Shown here: in pieces, positions 39,088-48,557 of the stretch
Layout: every line of letters starts with the position of its first letter
Numbering within the stretch: the stretch's first letter is position 1
Program-made: the position numbers and the translations under genes
Notes under the pieces: model-generated
What the model saw: only the letters and a program-made list of their open reading frames with translations
Told to the model about the DNA's origin: nothing
Database searches by the model: none
Assembly (NCBI GenBank): GCA_051439505.1
Contig: JBFRWI010000226.1
Coordinates: 1-64,000 of the forward strand
Direction of reading: 5' to 3'
Source: Hormoscilla sp.
Lineage (GTDB): Bacteria > Cyanobacteriota > Cyanobacteriia > Cyanobacteriales > Desertifilaceae
DNA: 64,000 nt

Positions 39088-39657
39088 CTACGTTAACTGT
39101 TTATTGACCGCACGGGCAATAAGAGGAGCTTTCTTTGCCAGTCCGGACAGGGTAATATCCCCATCCAGGTAAAGCTGATACCATTGTTGACGTTGGCGGA
39201 GAACTCGTTCATCATCCCGCAGGCGCAGTCGTGTCAGGGTAAATTCTGCCCTTCGCCGTGCTTCAGCAGGTATTTTATCCGTCAGCACTAACTCTAGGGA
39301 GGGCAATATAATTTCAAACCAATCATCTCCTACCTCAAAGGGGTCAAGCACCCGATCGTCTATATTTCCTTTGCTACTATTCACCCATGCGGAAGCATAG
39401 CGGTAATTGCTCCATTCGTAAGCTAAATGACGATAATTATCGCAGCTCAGATAATGGTCTACCGTGCCAACCGGTTCATACATAACCGAGTAGCCACAAA
39501 GGTTGCCAAACCCATCCGCTAAATCACTCTTAAATGCGGACCAATAATCCCTAGGTCTTTTCTGCAGCTGGGGATTTTTCGCTAACCAATTATTACCAGG
39601 TTGCCTAACTTTAGAGTCAAACTCTGGAGGTTCAGGTGGCGGGGTAAACTTCATCAT
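39088..39657 (-). CDS. HNH-like nuclease, Septu PtuB-like
   Basis: LCGY...VDHY...LAYEWSN......N..KG. ATGA overlap with the ATPase stop. Confidence 0.7.
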   Translation of the reverse strand: MMKFTPPPEPPEFDSKVRQPGNNWLAKNPQLQKRPRDYWSAFKSDLADGFGNLCGYSVMYEPVGTVDHYLSCDNYRHLAYEWSNYRYASAWVNSSKGNIDDRVLDPFEVGDDWFEIILPSLELVLTDKIPAEARRRAEFTLTRLRLRDDERVLRQRQQWYQLYLDGDITLSGLAKKAPLIARAVNKQLT

Positions 39658-40868
39658 AATTGACGTGCCTCCCTGGTGACAACCCAACGGGGCCAGAATG
39701 GATCGTGTCCTGGAAGAAGTTCTAGCAGTTGCTGATGAATTTGTGCTGGGGTTCTCAAGTCTGCGGGAAACTCATTCATATTCCCATTCCGCATCCATGC
39801 TGATGCTGCTGCGATCGCCAATTCTGCTTCCCGCGATCGGGCTTGTTTGAGTCCGAATATTTCGGAAGTCAACCAACCGACGATATCGCCTTGTTTGGTC
39901 CAGGTAATTGGCTTTAAGTTTACCGCTTCACCGGACAAGTCAAACAGGAATAATCTATCTTCTGCATCGAATATCGCTTCTAGAGAAGCCAGCACCAGAG
40001 GAGAATGGGTTGTGACTAATGCCTGAAGGTTCATCTGGGACTGCAACTGGGTTACTACCTCTAAAATAGCTGGTAAAATAGCTCGTTGCCATCGCGGATG
40101 CAAGTGAGATTCTACCTCATCGATCAGGAGTATAATCTGTTTATTAGGGTCTTGGTTCCGCAACTTTGATGCCTGGACATGTTCGTACCAAGTCCATACT
40201 AGCAAATAGGCAAGTCCGAGAATCCGCTTCATCCCAGATGAAGTATAAATCACTGGCAGGTTGCCGTAGGGAAAGTTAATCGTAGGAATATCCCGCACGT
40301 CTTCCGTGTCAACTCTGGTGGGTTCTCCTGGTGACATCCATTCTGACTCCTGGGGGGCCAGTTGTCTCAGGATCCGATCCAGCAGTTCAAATGTCGTGCG
40401 ATCGGGTTGATGTTGCCATTTCACCCAATCTTGAATCAAACCATTACAGAGGACTTTCTCCCCAGACCGCAAGCCATTCCAGAGGGTATCTGGGGTAAAA
40501 TTATAGGCCCGATCGGGTTGGCGGGCGGGGTCGAAGAGGGAGAAAGCACCATCGGTACGGACGTAAATAACTAACCATTCGGGAGTTATTTGTAGATGCT
40601 GCCATTTTTGTGCCGAGAAGTCAAAGATACTGCTTGTGGACTGTCCGGAGTTGGCGAGTTGGCAGGTAATTTCTGGGGTAATGCTGGATCCGCGTTGGGG
40701 ATAGGCAGGTTGTCCGGTCCAGTTTCCGGTAAGAACCCACCAAGCAACATCCAGCAAAAAGCTTTTGCCTAAACCGTTATCCCCCGTGAAGATATTGAGT
40801 CGGTCGGCAAATTCAATTCTTATTTTCGGTGCGGGACCGACTCCCCTGAGATGAAGTTCTTTTAGCAT
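39654..40868 (-). CDS. ABC-type AAA ATPase, Septu PtuA-like
   Basis: Motifs GDNGLGKS, SSG, LIDEVESHLHPRWQR and TTHSP. Confidence 0.8.
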   Translation of the reverse strand: MLKELHLRGVGPAPKIRIEFADRLNIFTGDNGLGKSFLLDVAWWVLTGNWTGQPAYPQRGSSITPEITCQLANSGQSTSSIFDFSAQKWQHLQITPEWLVIYVRTDGAFSLFDPARQPDRAYNFTPDTLWNGLRSGEKVLCNGLIQDWVKWQHQPDRTTFELLDRILRQLAPQESEWMSPGEPTRVDTEDVRDIPTINFPYGNLPVIYTSSGMKRILGLAYLLVWTWYEHVQASKLRNQDPNKQIILLIDEVESHLHPRWQRAILPAILEVVTQLQSQMNLQALVTTHSPLVLASLEAIFDAEDRLFLFDLSGEAVNLKPITWTKQGDIVGWLTSEIFGLKQARSREAELAIAAASAWMRNGNMNEFPADLRTPAQIHQQLLELLPGHDPFWPRWVVTREARQL

Positions 40869-40967
40869 TGACTTGTGATTCGCGATCGGTTCTGATGTTC
40901 TTGTTATGGCGGATGGCGGGCGATCGGCTGTAAATGTGAGATTCCCTTAAAATTATCCCAAGTTAGA

Positions 40968-41150
40968 GGGCTACCGCTACAAACGGTCTGAATATGCCGT
41001 CAAAGGGATCCCCGAATATTGGATTGCGGATCCCAGAAATCACAGAATTACCCTCTTGACGCTGGTGAATGGATTCTATGAAGAAGCCACTTTTGAGGGG
41101 AATGACCTTCCCCCACCTGAACTTGGCCGCCTCCCAGGTGTTTATCCTTA
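40968..41150 (+). pseudogene. Uma2/DUF820 endonuclease C-terminal fragment
   Basis: YRYKRSEYAVKGIPEYWIADP...ITLLTLVNGFYEEATF, then a frameshift. No start. Confidence 0.75.
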
Positions 41151-41223
41151 AAAAGCCTTCAGGAAATGTAAACGCGGTTCAGTAATTTTCTCGATCTTCC
41201 GCGTCCGTTAGCTGCCGGCGTCC

Positions 41224-41292
41224 CAATACTTCTCCGTTAACAATCTGTCATTGCGAGGGGGATCACTACGTACCCCCCCCCTCGCAATGACA
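41224..41292. mobile_element. Partial CAATACTTCT-type MITE
   Basis: Left end CAATACTTCTCCGTTAACAA followed by the hairpin TGTCATTGCGAG...CTCGCAATGACA. Confidence 0.65.
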
Positions 41293-41369
41293 AGCTATAT
41301 CCAAAACCTACGAGGTATTGCGGTTTCTCGGAGAAACCGGGTTTCTGGTCTTCACGGGAAAAAGACTTC

Positions 41370-41756
41370 TCATCTCCAAGAAACCACACAGTCTTTCTCT
41401 CCCAGCAACCGTTCTCCGACCTGCTGGAGTTCCCTCATCACCGGCTCCAGCTCGCGGCCCTTCTCCGTCAGAGAATATTCAACATGGGGCGGCACCTCTG
41501 GATAGACATGGCGTTTGAGCAAACCATGCTTTTCTAAGGCCCTGAGTCTGGCCGTCAGGGTCTTAGTGCTAATTCCCGGTAGGGCCTCTAACAGTTCGTG
41601 GGTGCGCCGCGATCCCCGTAACAGCTCAGCCAGAAGCAAAACAGACCATTTACTACTCAGGAGTTGCAGGACAAATTCAATGGGACAGGTCCGATCCCAG
41701 CACTGACTGGGGTTGAAGGTCGAACCCGGTTTGCTACCACTAGCTTTAATATTCAT
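41370..41756 (-). CDS. HxlR/DUF24 winged-helix regulator
   Basis: CPIE..LQLL..KWS...GIS.KTLT.RLR.LE...PP.VEYSLT. Confidence 0.9.
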   Translation of the reverse strand: MNIKASGSKPGSTFNPSQCWDRTCPIEFVLQLLSSKWSVLLLAELLRGSRRTHELLEALPGISTKTLTARLRALEKHGLLKRHVYPEVPPHVEYSLTEKGRELEPVMRELQQVGERLLGEKDCVVSWR

Positions 41757-41831
41757 TTTTCCCAATCTTGATATTTAACTTTTTCTTAATAATAACCTAT
41801 ATTAGCCAGAATCCGCTATTTTTTTCCTGCT

Positions 41832-41898
41832 GGTAACTAAGGGGATTTTACGTAACCTCCTGACAATGGGGATCGGAATGATTAGGATGTGAATAGAG
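41832..41898 (+). promoter_or_regulatory. Putative ppsA1 promoter block
   Basis: CTGACA (41860-65), 17-bp spacer, TAGGAT (41883-88). The block is conserved upstream of the second ppsA. Confidence 0.6.
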
Positions 41899-42125
41899 GT
41901 ATTAAACGATTTCGCTCTGGCAACGGCAAGTCCGCTAGCAGCGCAGAAACATGTCGGGGAGCGACGTTTACCTATTGGGGATCAATTGTAAATGCTGCCA
42001 GCTCGGCATCAACATAATCAAGACAGGTTAAGAAAAGTTAACAGAGTTCGAGGATATTTGTAACAAAAGTACAAACTCAGACGATCTATTGCCAAAGAGA
42101 TTTAAAGTGGGGAGGAAATAAATCA

Positions 42126-44606
42126 ATGTTAGAAACATTAGCAGCTAACAAACAGCAGGACCAGATGGCCAAAGAGCAAGCCTTAGTGCTCTGGTTCGAC
42201 CAAGTCGGAATCGCCAATATTCCCCTGGTAGGTGGCAAAAATGCTTCCTTGGGGGAAATGATCCAACAACTCACCCCTAAAGGCGTCAATGTGCCCAATG
42301 GATTTGCGACCACAGCTTATGCTTACCGCTATTTCATCAAAGCTGCTGGTTTAGAAGAGAAGCTGCGCGCCCTGTTTGCAGACCTGGATGTGGAAGATTT
42401 GAAAAACCTGCGCAAACGCGGGAAACAAGCCCGGTCATTGATTCTGGAGACGCCGTTCCCGCCAGAACTGGAAGAGGCCATCACAGAGGCTTATCAAAAA
42501 TTGTGCGATCGCTATGGGGAAGACACGGATGTAGCGGTGCGATCGAGCGCCACGGCAGAAGACCTACCGGATGCTAGCTTTGCGGGCCAGCAAGAAACCT
42601 ATCTCAACGTTCACACTTCCACGGGGGTGCTGGAATGCTGCCATAAATGCTTTGCCTCCATCTTCACCGATCGGGCGATCTCCTATCGCGAAATCAAAGG
42701 TTTCGATCATTTTGATGTGGCCCTCTCGGCAGGGATCCAGAAAATGGTGCGTTCCGACTTAGCATCATCGGGGGTGATGTTCTCCATCGACACGGAAACG
42801 GGCTTCAAAAATGCGGCCCTGATCACTGGTGCTTACGGGTTAGGAGAAAATGTCGTTCAAGGTGCGGTCAACCCAGACGAATACTTCGTGTTCAAGCCGA
42901 CTCTCACCCAAGGGTACCGCCCGATCCTGGAAAAACGCCTGGGCAGCAAAGAAATCAAAATGGTCTACGATTTGGGCGGCTCCAAATATACTAAGAACGT
43001 GCCCGTGCCCCGATCGGAACGGATCAAGTTCTGCATCAGCGATGACGAGATTCTACAGCTGGCTCGCTGGGCAATGTTGATTGAAGAACATTACTCTCAG
43101 GTGCGGGGCAGCTACACGCCGATGGACATCGAGTGGGCCAAAGATGGCCTCACGGGAGAACTGTTCGTGGTGCAAGCCCGTCCGGAAACGGTACAATCTC
43201 AGAAATCTGCTAGCGTTCTGCGCAGCTGTCGGCTGCAAGGCACCAGTGAGGTATTGGTGACTGGTCGTGCTGTGGGGGAAAGCATCGGTCAGGGCCAGGC
43301 CCGCGTGATTCTGGATGTCCACCAGATCGATGAGTTCCAAGCAGGGGAAGTGTTGGTGACCAACAAGACGGACCCGGACTGGGAACCGATCATGAAGAAA
43401 GCAAGTGCGATCGTTACTAACCAAGGGGGACGCACCTGTCACGCGGCCATTATTGCCCGGGAGATGGGCATTCCAGCGATCGTTGGTTGCGGTGATGCTA
43501 CCAAGCTGTTGCAAACGGGTCAAGAGGTGACGATTTCTTGTTGTGAAGGAGAAGAAGGACGGGTTTATGCGGGTATGGTCCCCTTTGAAATACAAGAAAC
43601 CCCGATCGACAACTTGCCTCACACCAAGACCAAGATTTTGATGAATGTGGGCAACCCCGAAGAAGCTTTCAGTCTCGCTGCTATTCCCTGCGATGGCGTC
43701 GGGTTGGCGCGGTTGGAGTTCATCATTGCCAACCACATTAAGGTTCACCCCCTGGCCTTGGTTCATTACCAGCAGTTGGAAGATCGATCGGTCAAAGCAG
43801 AAATTGGCGAGTTAACAGCCCTGTACAATTATAAACCCGATTTCTTCATCGACAAGCTGGCTTACGGTATCGGGACGATCGCCGCCGCCTTCTATCCCAA
43901 CCCAGTAGTCGTGCGGATGTCGGACTTCAAGAGCAACGAATATGCTAACCTTTTGGGAGGGGAGCAGTTCGAGCCGAAGGAAGAAAACCCGATGATCGGG
44001 TGGCGGGGTGCCTCTCGTTATTACGACCCCAAATACCGGGAAGCTTTTGGTCTGGAATGCCAAGCGATGAAGCGAGTCCGGGACGAGATGGGTTTGACGA
44101 ATGTCATCCCGATGGTTCCCTTCTGTCGCACCCCCGATGAGGGTCGCAAGGTGTTAGCAGAAATGGAGAAAAATGGCTTGCAGCGGGGCGAAAATGGCTT
44201 GCAGGTTTACGTGATGTGCGAGTTACCCAGCAATGTCATCTTTGCCGATGAGTTCAGTCAAGTGTTTGACGGTTTCTCCATTGGTTCCAATGACCTGACG
44301 CAGCTAACATTAGGTTTGGACCGGGATTCCGCTTTGGTGGCCCATATCTTTGACGAACGGAATGAAGCAGTCAAGCGCATGGTCAAGATTGCTATCAAGG
44401 CCGCGAAGAAGTACGATCGCAAGATCGGGATTTGCGGTCAAGCGCCTTCAGACTATCCGGAATTTGCTCGTTTCTTGGTGGAGACGGGAATTGACTCCAT
44501 CAGTTTAAATCCAGATTCCGTGCTCAAGACAATCCTGGATATTGGTAAGATGGAAAATTCTGGTGAGATGATGGATGTAGTCGGGGATGTGGCTAAAATT
44601 CAGTAA
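42126..44606 (+). CDS. ppsA: Phosphoenolpyruvate synthase
   Basis: Motifs VGGKNASLGE, AVRSSATAED, SFAGQQ, TCHAAI, SDFKSNEY, FSIGSNDLTQ and ICGQ. Confidence 0.95.
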   Translation: MLETLAANKQQDQMAKEQALVLWFDQVGIANIPLVGGKNASLGEMIQQLTPKGVNVPNGFATTAYAYRYFIKAAGLEEKLRALFADLDVEDLKNLRKRGKQARSLILETPFPPELEEAITEAYQKLCDRYGEDTDVAVRSSATAEDLPDASFAGQQETYLNVHTSTGVLECCHKCFASIFTDRAISYREIKGFDHFDVALSAGIQKMVRSDLASSGVMFSIDTETGFKNAALITGAYGLGENVVQGAVNPDEYFVFKPTLTQGYRPILEKRLGSKEIKMVYDLGGSKYTKNVPVPRSERIKFCISDDEILQLARWAMLIEEHYSQVRGSYTPMDIEWAKDGLTGELFVVQARPETVQSQKSASVLRSCRLQGTSEVLVTGRAVGESIGQGQARVILDVHQIDEFQAGEVLVTNKTDPDWEPIMKKASAIVTNQGGRTCHAAIIAREMGIPAIVGCGDATKLLQTGQEVTISCCEGEEGRVYAGMVPFEIQETPIDNLPHTKTKILMNVGNPEEAFSLAAIPCDGVGLARLEFIIANHIKVHPLALVHYQQLEDRSVKAEIGELTALYNYKPDFFIDKLAYGIGTIAAAFYPNPVVVRMSDFKSNEYANLLGGEQFEPKEENPMIGWRGASRYYDPKYREAFGLECQAMKRVRDEMGLTNVIPMVPFCRTPDEGRKVLAEMEKNGLQRGENGLQVYVMCELPSNVIFADEFSQVFDGFSIGSNDLTQLTLGLDRDSALVAHIFDERNEAVKRMVKIAIKAAKKYDRKIGICGQAPSDYPEFARFLVETGIDSISLNPDSVLKTILDIGKMENSGEMMDVVGDVAKIQ

Positions 44607-44641
44607 TACAAGGAAACAAGCACTCTCTTAATATTTAGATA

Positions 44642-44678
44642 CTGCTCTGGCATGATTTTGTGCTCGGGCAGTTTTTTT
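44642..44678 (+). terminator. Intrinsic terminator
   Basis: CTGCTC...GGGCAG stem followed by T7. Paralogous copy at 47812-47848. Confidence 0.7.
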
Positions 44679-44929
44679 GATGTCGAATATATTTATATAA
44701 AGTCGGGGCAATTACCCACAAGAAAGCCACCTCGAAACCTCGAAGGGATTTCACCCGATGCCGCTGGTATGCACGGGACGTCAGGAGCCTGTGCAGCCAT
44801 ATGCAATAATTGGAAATTTGTAATTCACAATTAAAATTTTATTGATATTCATTTATTTGCGCTCCCGATATTTAATTTTTTCTTAACGATCGCCTATATA
44901 GCCCAGAAGCCGTCATTTCTTTCCTCCTG

Positions 44930-44996
44930 GTAACTAAGGGAATTTCACGTAACCTCCTGACAATGGGGCTCGAAATGATTAGGATGTAAATAGAGG
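44930..44996 (+). promoter_or_regulatory. Putative ppsA2 promoter block
   Basis: CTGACA (44957-62), 17-bp spacer, TAGGAT (44980-85). Confidence 0.6.
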
Positions 44997-45223
44997 AAGT
45001 TAACCCCCGAGAACAGACAATAGCAATCGCGCAGATAGAGAATAAAACAGTCGGGGATCGATAGTAAAATAGTGGGGATCGAGATTTAGGCGATCCCAGT
45101 TGGGGAACAGAACATAAAAAACAGGTTAATAAACTTTCACCATCACAGAGGTGAGTTGTTACAAGAGTCCAAGCTAGCAATACTCTTACATTAGGAGAGT
45201 AGGAGTAGGGAGGAAATAAATCA

Positions 45224-47710
45224 ATGGTACAAACATTAACAGTTAGCAAGCAGCATTCTCTGGTAGTTTCTTCGGAAGCCTTGGTGCTATGGCTCGATCG
45301 GGTGGATCTCGCTGAGATCTCCTTGGTGGGCGGCAAAAATGCTTCCTTGGGAGAAATGATTCAACAGTTGAGTCCCAAAGGTGTGAATGTGCCCTATGGT
45401 TTTGCCACCACATCTTATGCTTACCGTTACTTCATCGCCGAGGCGGGTTTGGAAGCAACCCTGCGATCGCTGTTTGCGGACCTGGACACCAAGGATCTGC
45501 AAAACCTGCGCCAACGGGCGAAGCAAGCCCGAGCGTTGATGAGGGAGACGCCTTTTCCTTTAGAATTGGAACGGGCCATTATCGGGGCTTATCAAACATT
45601 GTGCGATCGCTACGGAGAAAATGTCGATGTAGCGGTGCGATCGAGTGCCACAGCGGAGGAATTGCCGGATGCGAGTTTTGCCGGTCAGCAGGAAAGCTAT
45701 CTAAATGTTCGCAATGCCAAGGATCTGTTGGAATGCTGCCATAAATGTTTTGCCTCCATTTTCAGCGATCGGGCTATATATTATCGGGAAGAGAAAGGGT
45801 TCGACCATTTTGACGTGGCCCTGTCGGTGGGGGTGCAGAAAATGGTGCGATCGGACTTAGCATCCTCGGGGGTAATGTTCTCGATCGACACGGAAACGGG
45901 GTTCAAAAATGCGGTCTCGATCGCCGCTGCTTACGGGTTGGGAGAAAATGTCGTCCGAGGTGCGGTCAACCCAGACGAATACATAGTATTCAAACCGACT
46001 CTCAAGGAAGGGTACCGCCCGATCTTGGAAAAGCGCCTGGGTAGCAAAGAAACGAAAATGATCTACGCTTTGGGGGGTTTCCGGCGGATTAAAAACCTGC
46101 CCGTGGCCCGGGAGTTCCAGGGGCAATACTGCCTCAAGGACTCCGAGATTCTCCAATTAGCTCGCTGGGCAATGTTAATAGAAGAACATTATACTCAGGT
46201 ACGGGGCAGCTATACGCCCATGGATATCGAATGGGCGAAAGATGGCATCACGGGCGAACTGTTCGTGGTTCAGGCCCGTCCGGAAACGGTAACTTCTCGG
46301 AGATCGGGTAATGTTCTGCGCAGTTATCAACTGCAACAGAAAAGTGAAGTGTTGGTGACCGGTCGGGCGGTGGGCGATCGCATCGGTCAGGGCCAGGCCC
46401 GGGTAATTTTGGATCCCTGCAAAATAGATGAATTCCAAGCAGGGGAAGTGTTGGTGACCAACAAGACGGACCCCGACTGGGAACCGATCGTGAAGAAAGC
46501 AAGCGCGATCGTGACTAACCAAGGGGGACGGACCTGCCACGCGGCCATTATTGCCCGGGAGATGGGCATTCCGGCGATCGTCGGTTGCGGGGATGCCACC
46601 CAGGTATTGCAAACGGGTCAAGAGGTAACGATCGCCTGTTCGGAAGGAGAGAAAGGGCGGGTTTATGCAGGTCTGTTACCCTACCAGCTGCGAGAAACCC
46701 CGCTGGATAAAATACCGGGCACGAAGACCAAGATTTTGATGAACGTGGGGAACCCCTCCGAAGCATTTAAGCTAGCGGCCATTCCCTGCGATGGGGTGGG
46801 GTTAGCGAAGTTAGAGTTCATCATTGCCAAGCAGATTGGGATCCATCCCCTGGCATTGATGCATTACCAGAAATTGCAAGATAAATCTGTCAAAGCCAAA
46901 ATTGCCGAGTTAACATCCCTGTACAATTATAAACCCGATTTCTTCATCGACAAGTTGGCTTACGGCATGGGGACGATCGCCGCCGCCTTTTATCCGAACC
47001 CAGTAGTAGTGAGGATGTCGGACTTGAAGAGCAACGAATATGCTAACCTGTTGGGAGGGGAGCAGTTCGAGTTGAAGGAAGAAAATCCGACGATCGGGTG
47101 GCGGGGTGCGTCTCGTTATTACGACCCGGAATATCGGGAAGCTTTTGGTCTGGAATGCCAAGCGATGAAGCGAGTCAGGGACGAGATGGGTTTGACTAAT
47201 GTTATTGCGATGATTCCCTTCTGTCGCACCCCGGAAGAGGGACTCCAGGTGTTAGCAGAAATGGAGAAATATGGCTTAAACAGGGGGGAAAACGGCTTGC
47301 AGGTTTACGTGATGTGCGAGTTACCCAGTAACATCATCCTTGCAGATGAATTCAGCCAAGTATTTGACGGTTTCTCCATTTGCTCCAATGACCTGAGTCA
47401 GTCAACATTAGGATTAGAGCGAGATTCCGCTTTAGTGGCCCATATCTTTGACGAACGGCAGGAAGCTGTCAAGCGCATGGTACAGATGGCTATTACAGCC
47501 GCCAAGAAGTGCGATCGCCCGATCGGGATATGCGGTCAAGGGCCTTCAGACTATCCCGAATTCGCGCGTTTCTTGGTAGAGTTAGGAATAGACTCGATCA
47601 GTTTAAATCCCGATTGCCTGGTGAAGACAATGCTGGATATTGCTAAGATGGAAGAGTCTAAGCAATTCAAAATTCAAAATTCAAAATTCAAAATGGGGGA
47701 AAGCCATTGA
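45224..47710 (+). CDS. ppsA: Phosphoenolpyruvate synthase paralog, divergent
   Basis: Collinear with 42126-44606 but several conserved motifs are altered. The C-terminal tail is encoded by a MITE. Confidence 0.9.
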   Translation: MVQTLTVSKQHSLVVSSEALVLWLDRVDLAEISLVGGKNASLGEMIQQLSPKGVNVPYGFATTSYAYRYFIAEAGLEATLRSLFADLDTKDLQNLRQRAKQARALMRETPFPLELERAIIGAYQTLCDRYGENVDVAVRSSATAEELPDASFAGQQESYLNVRNAKDLLECCHKCFASIFSDRAIYYREEKGFDHFDVALSVGVQKMVRSDLASSGVMFSIDTETGFKNAVSIAAAYGLGENVVRGAVNPDEYIVFKPTLKEGYRPILEKRLGSKETKMIYALGGFRRIKNLPVAREFQGQYCLKDSEILQLARWAMLIEEHYTQVRGSYTPMDIEWAKDGITGELFVVQARPETVTSRRSGNVLRSYQLQQKSEVLVTGRAVGDRIGQGQARVILDPCKIDEFQAGEVLVTNKTDPDWEPIVKKASAIVTNQGGRTCHAAIIAREMGIPAIVGCGDATQVLQTGQEVTIACSEGEKGRVYAGLLPYQLRETPLDKIPGTKTKILMNVGNPSEAFKLAAIPCDGVGLAKLEFIIAKQIGIHPLALMHYQKLQDKSVKAKIAELTSLYNYKPDFFIDKLAYGMGTIAAAFYPNPVVVRMSDLKSNEYANLLGGEQFELKEENPTIGWRGASRYYDPEYREAFGLECQAMKRVRDEMGLTNVIAMIPFCRTPEEGLQVLAEMEKYGLNRGENGLQVYVMCELPSNIILADEFSQVFDGFSICSNDLSQSTLGLERDSALVAHIFDERQEAVKRMVQMAITAAKKCDRPIGICGQGPSDYPEFARFLVELGIDSISLNPDCLVKTMLDIAKMEESKQFKIQNSKFKMGESH

Positions 47711-47760
47711 GAACAAGAGTTTCAGCGTTTCGACCTATGCAACTTAAAGGCGTGACAGCT
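47661..47760. mobile_element. 100-bp TA-flanked MITE inserted in the 3' end of ppsA2
   Basis: TA at 47659-60 and 47761-62. Sister of 15487-15585. Confidence 0.85.
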
Positions 47761-48037
47761 TAGGGCGATGATGGATAAATAATACAAGTTTCACCCTCTT
47801 AATTTTAGATCCTGCTCTGGTATGATTTTGTGCTAGAGCAGTTTTTTTGGCTTCGTTGTTAGCCCGCCGGGGGTTCAAACCCCCTACGTTCCCAGGCGGG
47901 AGCCAGGGAACTCGGTAGGAGTCGGTTAAAACCGACTAATAGCATTTGGAGTAGCATTTGGAGTAGGGTGGGCACCGCCCACCATCAAGTTTTTTTGATG
48001 TAGAATAGATTTACGGACTATCCCAAGAGCAATAACT

Positions 48038-48229
48038 ATGATCGATACTACAGTAAAGTCACGAGTCCTCAAAACAGTCGAGGAAATGCCCCCAAATGTT
48101 ACTTTCACTGACATTATGGAGCGGCTTTATTTTCTTTACAAGATTGACCGAGGTTTGCAGCAAGTAGAAGCAGGGGACACTCTGTCCCATGAAGAAGCGA
48201 AAAAGCGAATTAAGACATGGCACGAGTAA
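48038..48229 (+). CDS. Small putative antitoxin of a ParE/RelE module
   Basis: IMERLYFLYKIDRGLQQVEAG.TLSHEEAKKR pattern. Overlaps a ParE-like start. Confidence 0.7.
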   Translation: MIDTTVKSRVLKTVEEMPPNVTFTDIMERLYFLYKIDRGLQQVEAGDTLSHEEAKKRIKTWHE

Positions 48230-48273
48230 AATGGACTTCTCAGGCATTAACTCCCAGTCATAATCAGTCATAA
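48217..48273 (+). pseudogene. ParE/RelE toxin N-terminal stub
   Basis: MARVKWTSQAL, then unrelated sequence and a stop after 18 codons. Confidence 0.55.
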
Positions 48274-48311
48274 TATGCTAGCATATGATCGTTGACCAGA
48301 GCGTAATCATT

Positions 48312-48557
48312 ATGAACCTCGTGATTCCTGAGGATATTATCCGATCGACCAAGATGAGTGAAGATGAATTGCAGCTAGAACTGGCGATCGCCCTGTACAA
48401 GCAGGATTTGATCAGTAGCGGGAAAGTCCGCGCCTGGACTGGACTGACCGTACTGGAATTCCAACACGAACTGGCTAAGCGCGGTCTTTGTATCAACTAT
48501 GATGTAGAGGACTTTGAGGCTGATGTAAAGACGCTGCAATCTTTGGGGCTACTATGA
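48312..48557 (+). CDS. UPF0175-family putative antitoxin
   Basis: ELAIALY....ISSGK.....GL...EF..EL..RG..INYD.EDFE.D pattern. Confidence 0.8.
   Translation: MNLVIPEDIIRSTKMSEDELQLELAIALYKQDLISSGKVRAWTGLTVLEFQHELAKRGLCINYDVEDFEADVKTLQSLGLL

Noticed and set aside
40870..41300. Retron ncRNA/RT upstream of the ATPase-HNH pair
   Set aside because: No RT ORF. The region is explained by a Uma2 fragment and a MITE hairpin.
43053..47161. Long antisense ORFs over both ppsA genes, and similar shadow ORFs elsewhere
   Set aside because: They are codon-bias shadows of conserved sense genes with no recognisable motifs.
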